Shown piece after piece: positions 19,908-28,585 of a DNA stretch of 64,000 nt. The notes under the pieces are model-generated. The model was not told where the DNA came from and did not search any database. It saw nothing but the letters and a program-made list of their open reading frames with translations. A program made the translations under genes and the position numbers. The stretch covers positions 320,001-384,000 of the forward strand of contig CAXWPJ010000012.1 in assembly GCA_963664115.2 (NCBI GenBank). Direction: 5' to 3'. This DNA comes from Terriglobia bacterium (GTDB lineage: Bacteria > Acidobacteriota > Terriglobia > 20CM-2-55-15). The stretch's first letter is position 1; each line of letters starts with the position of its first letter.

Positions 19908-21755
19908 CTACCAACCCGCCGCCTGACCGTCCTTGCGGTGATCGGATCCGGCGCGGTAGATGCCGTTGACGGGATGATCCTCGTCGATGCTCTCGGGTCC
20001 GAACGTCGGTAAAGGAAGGCTCGGATCTCGGGTAAACAAAATGCCCTGGTAGCCTCCGACCGCACTACCGGTGACCGCGCACACGCGGTGGCCCTTGGCC
20101 TCTAGGGTGGCGCCGACCAGGTCAAACAGGTGACTTTCTAAAGACAGCACATCCGAGCCCTGGTTGTGGGTGAAGCGCGCCGCGTCCGTGGTCATCTGTA
20201 TGTTCATACCGTGATCGATGAGATTCACAATGTGTTGTGCATGTGTCTCGGGCTGCACGCTGCCGCCCATGTTGCCAAACGTCATCATAGGGTTGCCGTT
20301 CTGCGCGACGAACCCGGCGATGATCGTGTGAAACGGTCGCTTGCGGGGAGCAACAACATTCGGGCTCTCGGGGTCCAGCGAAAAGGCAGCACCGCGATTC
20401 TGAAGAACGAAGCCGTAGGGGGACACGGTCGCGCCGCTGCCGTACACCGAGAACACGCTGTGGATGAGGGACACCATGTTGCCCCACCGATCGGCTGTGG
20501 TGAGGTAGATCGTGCCGCCGTCCAGTCCGCCGCTGACCGGGGGGGCCGAGGCGCTGTCCATGCTGATTTTCCCACAGAGCGTGGCAGCATACGACTTCGA
20601 GAGCAACTCACCGACGGGAACGCGCGAAAACTCCGGATCGGCGTTATACGCGTAGAGGTCCGAATAGGCTAGTTTCTTGGCTTCGATAAGGAAGTGCCAG
20701 TAGTCCGGGTTCGTAGGTCCGAGTTGAGCCAGGTCCACGCCGTGCACCGGCGCGCAAACCTCGAGGATGTTGAGCATCTCTAGGGCGGCAAAGCCCTGGC
20801 CGGGGGGAGGCAGCTCGAAAACGTCGTAGCCGTGATAATTGGTGGAAACCGGCTCCACCCATTCGGACTCGAACTCCGCCAGGTCGGCCCTAGTCATCAC
20901 GCCACCGTTGGCCTGCACCTTGGCGACGATGGCATCGGCGATCTCGCCCTCGTAGAAGGCCTCGCGGCCCCGTTCCTGCATCAAGCGCAAGGCCGCCGCC
21001 AATTCCGGATTGCGCACCAGGCTGTACAGCGCCGGTGCTCTTCCGTCGTTCAGGAACGTTCGGTTGGAGTCGGGATCGCCACGGAGCTTTCCCTGGACGG
21101 CGACGATGTCGCGGTGGCGGCGCTCCGACTGCCCCCAGCCCTCCTCGGCAAGCTGGGCGGCTCGTGCAAACGTCTCACGGAACGTTAGGGTGCCGAAGCG
21201 TTGTAACAGGGCATCGTAGCCGGAGATGGCGCCCGGGACAGTGGTGGCATTCACTCCGCTTCCGGGCATCCGTTCCAGGCCGAGCTCGTCGCGAAAGAAC
21301 TCCGGTGTCCATCCCGCCGGTGCCCAGCCGGCGGAATTCAATGCATACAGTCTGTTGTCCTGGGCCACCCAAACGAGTGCGAAAAGATCGCCGCCAATGC
21401 CCGTGTCGTTCTGCGAAGTCACGTCCAGGACGGCGCCGGCCGCGACCGCCGCATCAATGGCGTTCCCGCCTCGCTGCAGGATTTCCAGCCCGGCCTGGAC
21501 CGCCAGTGGATCGCTGGTCGCCACGATCCCGTGACGGGCCAGCACCTCCGACCGGCCCTGCGCCAGCCAGCCCTGTGCTCTTGAGCCCGGTACCGCGGCG
21601 ATGGTGGCGGCAGGATTTGGCGCGTCTTCGGTAGGAGTCCCGAACGCGCTAGGCGACTGCACCGCCAGAGACAAGGGCGCCGCCAGCAAGACGGCGGCCA
21701 ACGCCGCGCACAAGAGATCCGCCCACCGACGAACGCTTCTGGTCTCTCTCTCCAT
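19908..21755 (-). CDS. ggt: Gamma-glutamyltransferase family protein, secreted
   Basis: GGNAIDAAVA, TGIGGD-F, TVPG, nucleophile region GTIYLTTADRWGN, PRKRPFHT, SDHRKDG. Confidence 0.92.
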   Translation of the reverse strand: MERETRSVRRWADLLCAALAAVLLAAPLSLAVQSPSAFGTPTEDAPNPAATIAAVPGSRAQGWLAQGRSEVLARHGIVATSDPLAVQAGLEILQRGGNAIDAAVAAGAVLDVTSQNDTGIGGDLFALVWVAQDNRLYALNSAGWAPAGWTPEFFRDELGLERMPGSGVNATTVPGAISGYDALLQRFGTLTFRETFARAAQLAEEGWGQSERRHRDIVAVQGKLRGDPDSNRTFLNDGRAPALYSLVRNPELAAALRLMQERGREAFYEGEIADAIVAKVQANGGVMTRADLAEFESEWVEPVSTNYHGYDVFELPPPGQGFAALEMLNILEVCAPVHGVDLAQLGPTNPDYWHFLIEAKKLAYSDLYAYNADPEFSRVPVGELLSKSYAATLCGKISMDSASAPPVSGGLDGGTIYLTTADRWGNMVSLIHSVFSVYGSGATVSPYGFVLQNRGAAFSLDPESPNVVAPRKRPFHTIIAGFVAQNGNPMMTFGNMGGSVQPETHAQHIVNLIDHGMNIQMTTDAARFTHNQGSDVLSLESHLFDLVGATLEAKGHRVCAVTGSAVGGYQGILFTRDPSLPLPTFGPESIDEDHPVNGIYRAGSDHRKDGQAAGW

Positions 21756-21859
21756 GTCGAGCTCCTATTGGTTGAGGGTATTGTCAGGTTAAATCGGTCA
21801 CGGCGCCATGCCGGGATGAAAAATCGCCGATCTCGCGACCTTAGTGCTCTGGCTCGTTG

Positions 21860-21876
21860 TTGGTGCCGGAGTCCAT
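21860..21876 (-). pseudogene. Kinase start remnant after the shared leader
   Basis: ATGGACTCCGGCACCAA (MDSGT) at the same distance from site f as the kinase ATGs from sites a and d. Confidence 0.65.
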
Positions 21877-22169
21877 CGTTTTACTATGTCGCGCAAAGGA
21901 ACCGCGTAATTCTGGCAAGTCTATCTATGTGGAAGGGTTATAAGCAAGAAAAGGCGCAACTCCCGCATCTTACCCAATTCTCAACGTCCGACAAGATGAT
22001 CTATGAAAGGGGATGTCAAGAGAAACAGCTCCCCGATGGCCGGCCAGGCGGACACTTTTGTCGTGACAGCCAGCCCCTCTACCGTTATGTGAAGCCCTGG
22101 TTCCGGCAATCCGCAGCGAAATCGTACATCTTTAAGACGGTCGATTCAGAAACTGAACAGCAGATGGGA

Positions 22170-22305
22170 CGGCATGTGCCGACCATGGATCTATCTGAGC
22201 CTCGAAGGCTATCGCTGTTTCAGGTCGTGCGAGGGGGGATAGAGATTTAAAAGTGTCCTCTGGACGTATCCAGGGACCACATCTTGTGCAGATCCTCACC
22301 CTCGA
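22170..22305 (-). ncRNA. Predicted bridge/seek RNA of IS1111-B (boundaries approximate)
   Basis: Loops with inner hairpins; guides GATTTA/CATCTTGT match the target, GATCTAT/ATCGCTGT match the donor junction. Confidence 0.75.
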
Positions 22306-22370
22306 TCCTCAGTTGTTCCGACTCCGTCTAACGACTCAGTACGGCTCTACCGGTCACGGATCGAAACGGC

Positions 22371-23435
22371 TTATGTTGTCATCCAGCTCAGTTTCTTTGG
22401 ATCGAACGATTCTCCTTTCTTCCAAAGCGTCAGCACCAGTGCGGCGATCTTACGGGCCAGAGTGACCCGCGCCATTTCCTCCCGCATCCCACGCATCTGG
22501 AGACTCTCCAGATAAATCCGATACGGCTCGCTTTGTTTTCCCGATGCCGCGGCTGAGAAGAACACCGACTTCAATCGCCGGTTGCAGTTCGCATTCAATC
22601 CGCGTGTGGCCACCGGTTTCCTCCGTCGCACCACACGTCCACTCTGCATCTCATACTCCGCGCTCATGTGGGTCACCACACCCAGGCCACTGTAGCTCCA
22701 GAACTGCGGTGTCGTGCGGAATCGGTACGGCGTGTCCACGATGGCGACGATCTGTGCCGCCCGAACCGGTCCCAGTTGTGGAATGGTCTCGAGCAGTTTC
22801 ACCGCCTCATGGTGCCGGCCCTCCACTCGCACCGCTTTTCTGGATTGTTTCCGCAGCAACTGGACCTGGTCCAGTTCCGCATACAACCATCGGGCGCGCT
22901 GCCTCATCCCCGGCTCGGTCAGCTTCTCCAACCACTGTTCGCGCTGACTCGGCCGATAGACTCCGTCCTTCGGTGTCGGGATCCCCCGTCCCCGGTATAT
23001 CGCTTTGATCCGCGACATCACCCGTTGCGTGTCCAACTGGAACGTGTCATAGGCCTGCACCAGTTGCTTCAATTCTCGCGTCGCTTCATGGCCGTGATAC
23101 ACCGAGCGCAACAGTCCCACCCGCAACAGCTCGGCCAGCTTCCGCGCATCCGGCTTATCCCCCTTCGACCCTTCTTGCATCCACTTGTTCTGTCGCGGAT
23201 CGCACACCACCACCTCGCTCACCCACGGCCGGATCACTTCCGATAACCAGCCCGCTTGCGTGGTCTCCTCCAACCCCACGTGCATCGGCCCACTCAATCC
23301 CTCCAGCAGCCGTGTGATACTCCCCGCCTCGGTTTCCACGATCGTTTCAAACACCAGTTTGCCGCTCCCGTCTCTCACCGCAACCACCGTCGTTGCCTGG
23401 TGCACATCCATACCCATATACTTGTCTTGTTTCAT
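22371..23435 (-). CDS. IS110 DEDD recombinase/transposase B
   Basis: GMDVH, LEET, KGDKPDA, TIPQLG, FWSYSGL...HMSA; AGGAG RBS. Confidence 0.93.
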   Translation of the reverse strand: MKQDKYMGMDVHQATTVVAVRDGSGKLVFETIVETEAGSITRLLEGLSGPMHVGLEETTQAGWLSEVIRPWVSEVVVCDPRQNKWMQEGSKGDKPDARKLAELLRVGLLRSVYHGHEATRELKQLVQAYDTFQLDTQRVMSRIKAIYRGRGIPTPKDGVYRPSQREQWLEKLTEPGMRQRARWLYAELDQVQLLRKQSRKAVRVEGRHHEAVKLLETIPQLGPVRAAQIVAIVDTPYRFRTTPQFWSYSGLGVVTHMSAEYEMQSGRVVRRRKPVATRGLNANCNRRLKSVFFSAAASGKQSEPYRIYLESLQMRGMREEMARVTLARKIAALVLTLWKKGESFDPKKLSWMTT

Positions 23436-23574
23436 CTCGAACGCTCCTTTTCTGGGATCAACGCTGTATACGTTGATCAGGTTGTTGAGTGAGTCTTCTC
23501 TCAACAACCCCCAGTCTAGGGGCGTCCTTTCATACTGCGATTTATCGGGATCTGAGAATCAATTTCACTGCTAT

Positions 23575-23632
23575 CTACGGAACCGGCACCCGTTCCTTCA
23601 GTTCTTCAAACCAGTTCTGGCAGATGTCGATT
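23575..23632 (-). pseudogene. Ser/Thr kinase-family C-terminal tail
   Basis: IDICQNWFEELKERVPVP*. Confidence 0.75.
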
Positions 23633-23661
23633 GTTGGGGAGAAGGGGCGAACACTTACTCC

Positions 23662-23750
23662 CTCATTCGATCCTCCTTCAGATCGTTCCAATCAGCAAAG
23701 TGTCTCTCAGTTTTTCAGCGGTTTCTGTCCGAAATGCTCTGACGGGCTAC
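23662..23750 (-). mobile_element. Isolated end of the IS3-like element (related to 17611-17700)
   Basis: CTCATTCGATCCTCCTTCAGATCGTTC...GAAATGCTCTGACGGGCTACA. Confidence 0.85.
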
Positions 23751-23828
23751 AATCCGCAAGCAATACTTTGCGGGGCATGTTTTAATGTCGGTCGAGGTTT
23801 CCAGAGAATGTTGATTCGGAGGTAGGAC

Positions 23829-24776
23829 ATGTATCAAACGCTGCTGATGGTGTCGCTGTTGTCCTTGGGTCTGCAGGAGTCGGACGAGGCGCAGCAGTAT
23901 CGACAGGACTATGCTCAGTACGAAGACATAGTGGCCATGACCGACACGGTCGAGCGTGCCACGGCGTTTATGGACTTCGTGGATCAGGGCTTCGACGATC
24001 GGCTCATCGGGGTGGTTGCTGTCGGCATCCAGACTGCCCTGGAGGAACTGTCCGGAGATGTTCTATATCCGCTGGGGGACCGCTGGGATGCGCAGACCGG
24101 TGCCATGACCGGCGCCGTCAGATCTCTCCAGAGTGCCGCAGGTGCCGGGGACCACGCGAACATCGTCAAGTACGGTGAAATCGTCTACGCTGCGAATCCG
24201 ATCACTGAAATCGCAGAAATCCTGGCAGGCAGCAACAGCGCCCTGGGAAACAATGACAAGTATCTGGAGTATGCCAACGTCGTCATCGAGGACAAGGGCG
24301 TCGCCGAAAGCTTTGATTTTGCCTATAACATCTTTCAGCAGGAACGGTCGACAGAGAATTGGGACGCGGCGGCCGGATGGGCAAACCGGCTGAAGGCCCT
24401 GAGTGCCGCGCCGCCCGGAGTGTCCGTCGCCGACTGGAGGAATATGGGGATCGAGTTCCAGAGGTCGATTGCCCGGGCGGAATTCGAAGGAGGGCGATAC
24501 CCGAACGCCATTACTCAATACCGGATGCTAGCCGATATGGACCGTTCGCTGCGCGCGATCTCGAATATCTATATGGGCCGCAGCCACATTGCGATCGGCG
24601 GACCCGACCAGGTGAATCAGGCGCTGGCCCGGTTCGCCGACGCTGCCGTGGTCAATGATCCGAATGTTTCAGACGCGGCGATGACGATGGTCGAGGAGAT
24701 CTACACAACGAACACAGGGACCCTTGAGAGAATTGACGAGAACGTCCTGGATGCCGCACGGGAGCGCATGCGATAG
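23829..24776 (+). CDS. Secreted all-helical (TPR-like) hypothetical protein
   Basis: GGAGG RBS, signal-like N-terminus, helical repeat character. Confidence 0.75.
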   Translation: MYQTLLMVSLLSLGLQESDEAQQYRQDYAQYEDIVAMTDTVERATAFMDFVDQGFDDRLIGVVAVGIQTALEELSGDVLYPLGDRWDAQTGAMTGAVRSLQSAAGAGDHANIVKYGEIVYAANPITEIAEILAGSNSALGNNDKYLEYANVVIEDKGVAESFDFAYNIFQQERSTENWDAAAGWANRLKALSAAPPGVSVADWRNMGIEFQRSIARAEFEGGRYPNAITQYRMLADMDRSLRAISNIYMGRSHIAIGGPDQVNQALARFADAAVVNDPNVSDAAMTMVEEIYTTNTGTLERIDENVLDAARERMR

Positions 24777-24802
24777 GCAACCGGGAACTCTCACGGGAAT
24801 CG

Positions 24803-24831
24803 AAAAAGGGCGGCCCCTTGGCCGCACTTTG
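24803..24831 (+). terminator. Possible terminator
   Basis: GCGGCC-cctt-GGCCGC hairpin flanked by A and T runs. Confidence 0.5.
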
Positions 24832-24854
24832 TTGTGCCTGCGCTCTGTCGGCAC

Positions 24855-25020
24855 GGTACTGTCATCTTGAGCCCATAACCGCCAGACTTGCGGCGTGAAA
24901 TCCGCCCGCCCCCTCGATCACGGATACCGCTATCCACGGGAAATCATCGGTCACGCAGTCTGGCTCTACCACAGAGGTACTGTCAAGTTAAGCTGAATCC
25001 GTCCGTTTCGGCGACGGAAT
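24855..25020 (+). mobile_element. IS6-family remnant(s)
   Basis: GGTACTGTCA at 24855 and 24976; between them GYRYPREIIGHAVWLYHR, a typical IS6 transposase N-terminus. Confidence 0.75.
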
Positions 25021-25296
25021 TTGCTGAAGTCGAGGTCAAGAGTCAATGACTTACAGGTGGTAGAGGTCGGCGAGAACGCCACCAAACAGCTTAAGTTGAC
25101 AGTACCCGCCCGCGGCATCACGATCACGTCGAATTCACCCATTGAGATAAGCGGAGCCGATATTACTTTGACCGGTCCAACGATCAAACTGAAATCAGAT
25201 TTGGTGCAGGTGAGCGGGATGCTGAAGGCACTCAGCGTGACCACCGGTAGCGTCATAGCCCAGAGCTACACAAACGGTGCGGGCAACATCTGGTAG
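25021..25296 (+). pseudogene. Phage baseplate assembly protein V / eCIS spike-like C-terminal fragment
   Basis: Beta-helix-like repeats ending VSGMLKALSVTTGSVIAQSYTNGAGNIW*. Confidence 0.55.
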
Positions 25297-25357
25297 CCCG
25301 GGAGGCGCCGCGGGCTAGTCTGCAGGCGATGAGCAGGAGCCTTCAGCCGGTGTCGCA

Positions 25358-25870
25358 TTAGCGGGGCACAGGACCCTCTGCAGGTAGCGATTCGTCGCCG
25401 AAGGCCGCCCTTCCCCCAACCGAATCGCAGTGCATCCCCGCAGCAGGCGTTTGACCCATAGGACATTTGTACAGACCTGATTCGCCCCGGTCTCCGCCGC
25501 GCCTGCCCGTCCGCAGGGGATGGATACCCATGCTGAAAACGGTGCCCTGTGGGAAGGTCTCTTCCGAGATGTTTTCCCGACGCGCCTGCGCGGCGCTTTC
25601 CATCTGAACCACCCAGACCGCAGGCTCGCCATCCTCACCCCGAAGCAAGCCATCCCGCTGTTCGTTCAAGGGGACAAAATGCATTTCGAAGTGGGCGGCG
25701 TTGGGGACGATGCGGACCATCACCCCGGTAAACACCCGGTACACGGTTGCATCATACATGGCGTAGGAATGATGCGCATCCGCCTGCGGCGCCCAGAAAC
25801 CCACGGCCAGGATCCCGACAACGAGCGCGATCGTCCATACTGCTGCAATGTTAACATTGCTCGTACGCAT
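25358..25870 (-). CDS. DUF6152-like secreted protein (divergent)
   Basis: ADA-HHSYAMYD, FTGV, NAAH, WVVQM, HPLRTG. Confidence 0.75.
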   Translation of the reverse strand: MRTSNVNIAAVWTIALVVGILAVGFWAPQADAHHSYAMYDATVYRVFTGVMVRIVPNAAHFEMHFVPLNEQRDGLLRGEDGEPAVWVVQMESAAQARRENISEETFPQGTVFSMGIHPLRTGRRGGDRGESGLYKCPMGQTPAAGMHCDSVGGRAAFGDESLPAEGPVPR

Positions 25871-25900
25871 TACCTTACCTCCGCCGAACTTAACTTAGTA

Positions 25901-27208
25901 TTAATTGAAACCAAGGTCCAGCTCCTCTTGGGGTCGCTGCATACCTTCCTCAAAATACAGTTCCCAGGATTCGGCCCACGGACGGCTCCCCATGTCCCGC
26001 ACCCGGAACTGGATGACCTCTCCCGGCGCAATCGGCGTGGCGCGCCCTTCGATCGGATACATCGGGCGGATACATTCTATGTTCGAAAACCGCCCCGACT
26101 CGCTCAAGGAGCGCTGATAGCTTCGGTGCCACAGAAGCCGCACCGGTTCGACCAGAGCCTGTGAGTCGTAGATGATCGCTTCCCAGTCGAGTCCGATCAG
26201 GTTGCCCGACGCATCGTTCACCGGGGTGAAAATTTCGACCGTCTCCAACGCATCGCTCCACTCCCAGCTCGAGTGCTGGTTCCAGCCCTGCACGTTCGAC
26301 GTCATGGTGATCAGCGCATCGCCATCCCAGAAACCGATTGTGTCGCCATACCATTGTGGCGGACCCGGAGCCAGGGGGAACTCACCATTGAGCATGACCG
26401 TCCGTTTCATCGTGTTGCCGATCATCAACACGACTTCTGGAGTAATCACAAAGCGTCCGGCTGCTGTTCCACCCGTCGCCCACTGCCTCATGAACCCTTC
26501 CGGAAAGCAGTAGGAGGCGGACCACTGATGGGCTCCGTCGACACCCTCATGATAGATCTGCTGGACCATGCGCTGTTGATGCTCCGGAGTCAGCAGCGAA
26601 AGGATCGTCGGCATCTGGTTGGCCCGCATGTAGTTCCACACAGCGCGGCGCGTGCCATCGCCTCCATAAGCGCCGTCCCACTTGGGCATGGTCTCGTAGG
26701 TGTGCTGGGTCGGCCCGCCACGGGATTCGGTATCCGCCAGCAGTGCAGCGTAGTGTTCCTCGGCGCTGTCGAAAGAATAGGGGCTGACGATGTTCTCACG
26801 GGGCCAGTCATCATCACAGTTGCCCCACCGGGCCGACGTCGGCTCATTGGCACCGATGCGCGGGTCGGAAGTGGCCACCCCGGCACCGCCGCTACGCATA
26901 TCCGCCATCATTCTGGGGGCGTTGCAGCGCCAGTAGCGCTGATCCATCCACAGGTCGCGGTCCTGGTAGAAATCCGTCGTAGTGAACACGTCCACGGGCA
27001 GTGCCTCGACACCATCCGGCGGCCGGGCATCAAACTCCGGACCTGCACCATAAGAGGTAACGGCCACCGGCGGGTAGGTGAGGGAAACAGCAAGCGGCGC
27101 GCCCCTCAGGCCATCAAGCTCCGGTGGGTTGTACTGGGCGGTGGCCACCCCGGCAAAGGTCACGAGCGATAAGATCATCGCTCCTACCGCATTGCGGACT
27201 GCGTTCAT
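25901..27208 (-). CDS. Secreted uncharacterised protein (extended partner type)
   Basis: Signal peptide; YCFPEGFMR, QWYGDTIGFWDGDAL, D--ALVEP. Confidence 0.85.
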   Translation of the reverse strand: MNAVRNAVGAMILSLVTFAGVATAQYNPPELDGLRGAPLAVSLTYPPVAVTSYGAGPEFDARPPDGVEALPVDVFTTTDFYQDRDLWMDQRYWRCNAPRMMADMRSGGAGVATSDPRIGANEPTSARWGNCDDDWPRENIVSPYSFDSAEEHYAALLADTESRGGPTQHTYETMPKWDGAYGGDGTRRAVWNYMRANQMPTILSLLTPEHQQRMVQQIYHEGVDGAHQWSASYCFPEGFMRQWATGGTAAGRFVITPEVVLMIGNTMKRTVMLNGEFPLAPGPPQWYGDTIGFWDGDALITMTSNVQGWNQHSSWEWSDALETVEIFTPVNDASGNLIGLDWEAIIYDSQALVEPVRLLWHRSYQRSLSESGRFSNIECIRPMYPIEGRATPIAPGEVIQFRVRDMGSRPWAESWELYFEEGMQRPQEELDLGFN

Positions 27209-27405
27209 TTGCTTCCTCCTCGACTATCTCTGCTAGGGCAACCATGATTGCCACAACAATGAAACGGTGGTCCCCGGTAGCGATATTAAACCACAGGACG
27301 GATCGAACCGGCCAGAATTGTCCCTGTGGAAATACGTGAAAACGATTCATTGAAAGGGAGTTACTGCGGGTCCGGCAAATCCGACCGATCAATCTTCCCT
27401 TAACG

Positions 27406-28032
27406 CTACCCGGGTGGCTCGCCTTCCTCGGACGGTGGCCCGAACAGAGGGTCAAGACCGCCTCCCTCACCGCCTTCGTTTGATGGAAACGGGAACAGCT
27501 CCTCGAGGTTGATGTCCGGGTCCAGCCGCACCTCGGTGGTCGATGTCGTGTAGCCGATCCAGCGGCCCATGAAGATGATTCCGACCCACAACAGGAGTGA
27601 GAAGGCCGCAGCGGCTTTCGCCGCTCGCGGCGTGGTGGTCGCCGCGCTCCAATCTCCGGACCTCTTGCCTGTGGTCAGCTCGAACACGAGCATGTTGATT
27701 CCCGCAAGCGCAAGCAGCAGCACCTTGGTCCGGAAGAAGAAGTTTCCGTAATACACTGTGGCGTTAGTGGTGAACATCAAGGTCCCGGTGATAACCGTCA
27801 GTATGAAAGCCCCCCAGAGCCACTTCAGGATGTCGGACTTGATGAGGGTAAACGGCCGGTTGCGGGACGCAATCCCAAGCAGACGGAAATCAAGGATCGT
27901 AGCCGTTCCGAAGACTATTGCCAGACCAAGGACATGGCAAGACTCGATGAGCGGAAACAGATACGAAGAGTCCCGGATACCCACAGCAATACTCGATGAT
28001 TGCACGGATGTCAGAAAGCTAGCGATGTCCAT
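27406..28032 (-). CDS. DUF6644-like membrane protein
   Basis: FPLIESCHVLG, DFRLLG, ITGTLMF, FRTK, GRWIGY. Confidence 0.85.
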   Translation of the reverse strand: MDIASFLTSVQSSSIAVGIRDSSYLFPLIESCHVLGLAIVFGTATILDFRLLGIASRNRPFTLIKSDILKWLWGAFILTVITGTLMFTTNATVYYGNFFFRTKVLLLALAGINMLVFELTTGKRSGDWSAATTTPRAAKAAAAFSLLLWVGIIFMGRWIGYTTSTTEVRLDPDINLEELFPFPSNEGGEGGGLDPLFGPPSEEGEPPG

Positions 28033-28063
28033 ACTTCCGATCCAGTTGAGATAACGACTCAGT

Positions 28064-28585
28064 TTACGCCGTTGACCCGAACAACAGCCCCCACACAAAG
28101 TCGTAGCCAATCATGCGCCCCATGAAGATGATCCCCACCCAGACGCACAGGTTCAGGACCGCGAGCAGTTTGACACCCACGCGGTTCACCAGGGTCTGCT
28201 CCCAATCTCGCTCGTTCTTGCCAAGGCTGATCAGGAATGCCGCCGCGATCACCGTGGCCACAGCCACAAGGAACATCTTGAGCCAGAATGAGATGGCGAG
28301 CAGCTGGCGCGGAGGCTCGCCGATGACCATCAGAAGGCCGGTCAAGAGCAGGGCCGCCCCGGAACATAGCAGCCAGGGGACGAACCGGTCTGTGGTTTCG
28401 CGGAGCGTTTGATCGCGTCCCGCCAATCCCAGGACACGCAGGTCGATCATCAGCACGGCCCCAACCGAGACGCCGATGGCGACGAGATGAACAGACTGAA
28501 TCGTCGGAATGACCCACGCGCTGTGCGTTTGAATCAGAACGCTGGGTGACGTCCGATAGAGCCAGTCGGCGAATTGTTGGATCAC
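28064..28585 (-). CDS. DUF6644-like membrane protein
   Basis: IPTIQSVHL, DLRVLG, LTGLLM, FWLKM, GRMIGY. Confidence 0.85.
   Translation of the reverse strand: MIQQFADWLYRTSPSVLIQTHSAWVIPTIQSVHLVAIGVSVGAVLMIDLRVLGLAGRDQTLRETTDRFVPWLLCSGAALLLTGLLMVIGEPPRQLLAISFWLKMFLVAVATVIAAAFLISLGKNERDWEQTLVNRVGVKLLAVLNLCVWVGIIFMGRMIGYDFVWGLLFGSTA

Larger units (their letters stand above)
22001..23541 (-). mobile_element. IS110-family, IS1111-type element B
   Basis: Sub-terminal IRs TATGAAAGG (22002-22010) / CCTTTCATA (23526-23534); GAT core; 370-bp non-coding end downstream of the transposase. Confidence 0.92.
21978..23558 (-). repeat. 40-bp site, copy f, split by IS1111-B (halves 21978-22000 and 23539-23558)
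   Basis: Reconstituted minus strand TTCTCA-GATCC-CGATAA-ATCATC-TTGTCG-GACGT-TGAGAA; GAT present at both junctions. Confidence 0.9.

Noticed and set aside
8370-23558. 40-bp repeats as a CRISPR array
   Set aside because: Copies are kilobases apart, occur in both orientations and are separated by genes; no cas genes are present.
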